Positions 20,344 to 23,019 of a stretch of 23,019 nt of DNA are shown in pieces; the stretch's first letter is position 1, and each line of letters begins with the position of its first letter. Location of the stretch: assembly GCF_006345805.1 (NCBI RefSeq), contig NW_021836685.1:1-23019 (forward strand). Direction: 5' to 3'. Below the pieces are notes generated by a model. That model was not told where the DNA came from and did not search any database. It saw only the letters and a program-made list of their open reading frames with translations. A program made the translations under genes and the position numbers. This stretch comes from Octopus sinensis (taxonomy: Eukaryota).

Positions 20344-20527
20344 AATAAATAAAACATATGCATATATATATACATATTGTACGTACCTACCCCTACCTCA
20401 CATGTGTATATACACGCATATGGGTACAGGACACCCAAAAAAAAACCGTCGAACACAATGAGAAACGAAACATAAACACAAAACCAAGGAACTGGACATT
20501 TTTTCTTAACACAAAAAATAGAGTACA
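20344..20527 (-). repeat. Interspersed repeat, copy 2 of an inverted pair with 13371-13550
   Basis: aataaataaaacatatgcat...gggtacaggacacc...cacaatgagaaacg...aaaaccaagga...ggacatttttt...atagagtaca. Confidence 0.85.
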
Positions 20528-20750
20528 GGACAAATAACACAAGGAAAATTCCCTTTCTTCAGTCGCCATGGTTTCATCTACCCTGCGTTTCGAAGGTGAA
20601 GGCGATACGCATCTTCGATAGAAACTTTCCTTCCTGCGAAAAGCAAATCAAATAAAATTTGCAGAGGGGTAAAAATGGTAACAAAAACAGGACAGTAACG
20701 ACAGTACAAAATATAAACAGTAAAAGACAGGACAAGGAGAATAACAAGAC
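20528..20750 (-). mobile_element. Probable PLE remnant with decayed hammerhead-like motifs
   Basis: Minus strand: cgaagatgcg...ccttcGAAACgcagggtagatg...cgaCTGAAGAaagggaattttcc; continues the repeat at 20344-20527. Confidence 0.35.
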
Positions 20751-21167
20751 ATATATATATATATATACATAGATATACATACTTATATTATGCATACTTG
20801 CACACATACATACACACACACATATATAAATGCATGTATGTATGTGTATTTATATACATAATTTTCGATTAGTTTTGTCTTATTGAGATTTCGTATTTCC
20901 TCCATTAATGCAACAAGGACATAATAACCTGTTTCTATTTCTGGATAAACATAGACGCCAACCCTCCCCCCCACCTGCTCTACACCAAAGCCTTCTTCCT
21001 TGGTAAAACGTGAAGGAAAGGAAACAAATCGACAAAGGAAATACTTTCGAAATATATCCATAAATGTCCGAGTTATGTTATCTAGTTATGGACTGAAGAA
21101 GTTCTAAAAATATTATCTCCAGAAAAGAAAAACCACACTCATAAATACGTAGGTGCGCGCGCACACA

Positions 21168-21224
<57 letters not shown>

Positions 21225-21695
21225 GTGTTGTGTGTGTGTGTGTATGTATATGTATATATGTATGTGTGTGTGTACACACATATACACCACACAATACACA
21301 CACGCACAAACACAAACACACACACACGCACACACAGACACACACACACATACAGGTACATATATTAATTAAACCTACACTCATGTCTATGTAAAGTGAA
21401 TGGTGTGTATGTGCTTAAGCATATGTTTGTGTGTGTGTGTGTATGTGTGTGTGTACGTGTCTGTATATGTGTGTACACACACACAGATATATAATATATA
21501 TATATATATATATACATGCACATACGTATATCTATATATGTATACTGTATATATGTATATATATGTATATATATATATATATATGTATATATAAAAAGTG
21601 TGTGTGTGTGTATGTATGTATGTATGTATGTATGTATGTATGTATGTGCGTATGTATGTATGTATAACAGTAATTAATATGACCAACTGTGATAA

Positions 21696-21908
21696 GGCAA
21701 CGAGCTGGTAGAATTGTTATTACGCCGAACAAAATGCTTAGCGGCATTTCGTGTGTCTTCACGTTCCGAGTTCAAATTCTCCCGAGATCGACTTTGCCTT
21801 TCATCCTTTCGGGGTCGGCAAAATAAGTACCAGTTGAACACTGGGATCGATGTAATCAACTCACCCCACTCTACCGAAATTGCTGGCCTTGTGCCAAACT
21901 GTAAAACC
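21696..21908 (+). mobile_element. SINE group B, full-length, tail type 3, with 20-bp target-site duplication
   Basis: ggcaacgagctggtagaattgtta...aaaatgcttagcggcatttcg...gagttcaaattc...gcctttcatcctttcggggtcggcaaaataagtaccag; flanked by aatatgaccaactgtgataa (21676-21695) and aatatgatcaactgtgataa (21909-21928). Confidence 0.93.
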
Positions 21909-22139
21909 AATATGATCAACTGTGATAACGAATGCAACAATTATATCACAACTTTACGTAATCGCCTGACTTGCTAAAATTAGCAGTTAAATCGCCTTCA
22001 AATCACGTTTATTGTATCTAGGTCTGTCATGAGCCCCAGTATTCATAAGGCCGGAGTTTAATCTGATTTTCACAGCATATACAGGACTGAGATCTCAACG
22101 CACCCTTCTGTTGCAGGGTTGACTTCCCCTGTTTTGCTG

Positions 22140-22285
22140 GAAGTGATTTACAGTTGAGTAGGTAGGAGCAAACGTGAAATGAAATATTTTGCTCAAGAAC
22201 ATAAAGCAATGCCCAGTGCAGAAACCGAAATCATGATCTTACGATTACGATAGCAACTCCCCTAACCCCTAGGCCATGTGCCTCC
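22140..22285 (-). mobile_element. SINE group C, old diverged head and CORE-like part
   Basis: Minus strand: ggaggcacatggcctaggggttagg...ttcttgagcaaaatatttcatttcacgtttgctcctacctactcaactg, collinear with 6380-6521. Confidence 0.7.
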
Positions 22286-22953
22286 TCCCTATTTCGAAGG
22301 AAAACACACACACACGCACACACATTCGCACGTTCACACACACACACACACACATCAGTTATAATATGGTCCTCGATGTACTAGAAAATATATGGGATGG
22401 CCACAAGTGGAATATTTTTCTTCATAGGCCTGTTTAAACAGGTTTGATGTGGAGCTAAATAACAAAAAGAACAACCACATACTCACCTCACCACAACTGC
22501 ATCTACGAAGGCATATAATTGGATGGAGAGTGAAAACGATTTAGCTGCTATTTCTAGCAAGTCTAGCGTCTGTGGACAGGTTCATTCTCTGCTCATATGC
22601 TATAGTTCTGCTCGATCAAGGTAATGCTGGGATTAAGCAATAGCAACACTGACAAGAACCCAACGAATGAGGCTTTACATGGTCTCATAACTGACAATGA
22701 ACGCTACTCTAATAGCTTCCCACTTCATATGAAGAAGGTGATGTTTGAGAATGTAGTCCCTAAATATATATCAGTCATAACTGGAGCGCCTGTGAATTCC
22801 AGGTCTGCTCAGTCAGGGATGACTTGTGACTAAGTGACAACAACAAAAGCAACAACAACAATAACAGCAACAACAAAACAGTAACAGCAACAGCAATAAC
22901 AACAATTATAACTGAAATATAGAGCCGCACCCCGAAAAATAATGACTAGCGCA

Positions 22954-23019
22954 AAGTGTCTTCTACTATAGCCTCGGGCCGAACGAAGCCTTGTGAGTGG
23001 ATTTGGAAGATGGAAACTG
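22954..23019 (+). mobile_element. SINE group A internal fragment, runs off the window end
   Basis: aagtgtcttctactatagcctcgggccgaacgaagccttgtgagtggatttggaagatggaaactg. Confidence 0.85.

Noticed and set aside
20783-21061. ORF with EEGFGVEQVGGRVGVYVYPEIETGYYVLVALMEE after a pyrimidine tract
   Set aside because: AAG acceptor, only weak donors, runs into microsatellite, and no family recognised.
700-21762. Dozens of ORFs rich in HT, YI, VC, poly-H/P/G/M/V/S/R/Q
   Set aside because: They are translations of di-, tri- and tetranucleotide repeats, which lack stop codons in several frames and on both strands; no splice or codon evidence.
22456-22505. Strong minus-strand donor GAG|gtgagt at 22487/22486 with a possible 16-nt exon
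   Set aside because: The upstream sequence is repeat-derived and the frame cannot be tested; chance splice-like motifs are expected.
22624-22833. 69-aa ORF MLGLSNSN...
   Set aside because: Short, overlaps decayed repeat-like sequence, no domain recognised.
1-23019. CRISPR arrays, rRNA, operons, prokaryotic defence systems, transposase or RT ORFs
   Set aside because: No regularly spaced repeat-spacer units, no rRNA-like sequence and no long complex ORF; the sequence is eukaryotic non-coding in character.

Overview
Non-bacterial, AT-rich, microsatellite-saturated animal genomic DNA, most likely intronic sequence from an octopus (inferred from recalled octopod tRNA-derived SINE families and dense (AT)n/(CA)n/(CATA)n/(GAT)n tracts; not database-verified). 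Almost all ORFs in the supplied track are translated simple repeats. Supported content: about 20 copies or fragments of at least three SINE groups (called A, B and C here), two TA-flanked MITEs, Penelope-like element (PLE) remnants including one near-intact minimal hammerhead ribozyme (1492-1545, minus), and two candidate minus-strand exons of an unidentified gene (36-nt exon 13891-13926; terminal exon starting at 7612). The most unusual structure is at 9058-9422: a 63-bp inverted-repeat pair centred on a hammerhead-like ACATATGTC palindrome encloses an inverted copy of 7309-7572 (end of the candidate terminal exon plus its 3' UTR), flanked by an 18-bp direct repeat and nested in the (AT)n core of a SINE. 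If the exon calls hold, this intronic copy is complementary to the gene's own last exon and could form a dsRNA/ADAR substrate.
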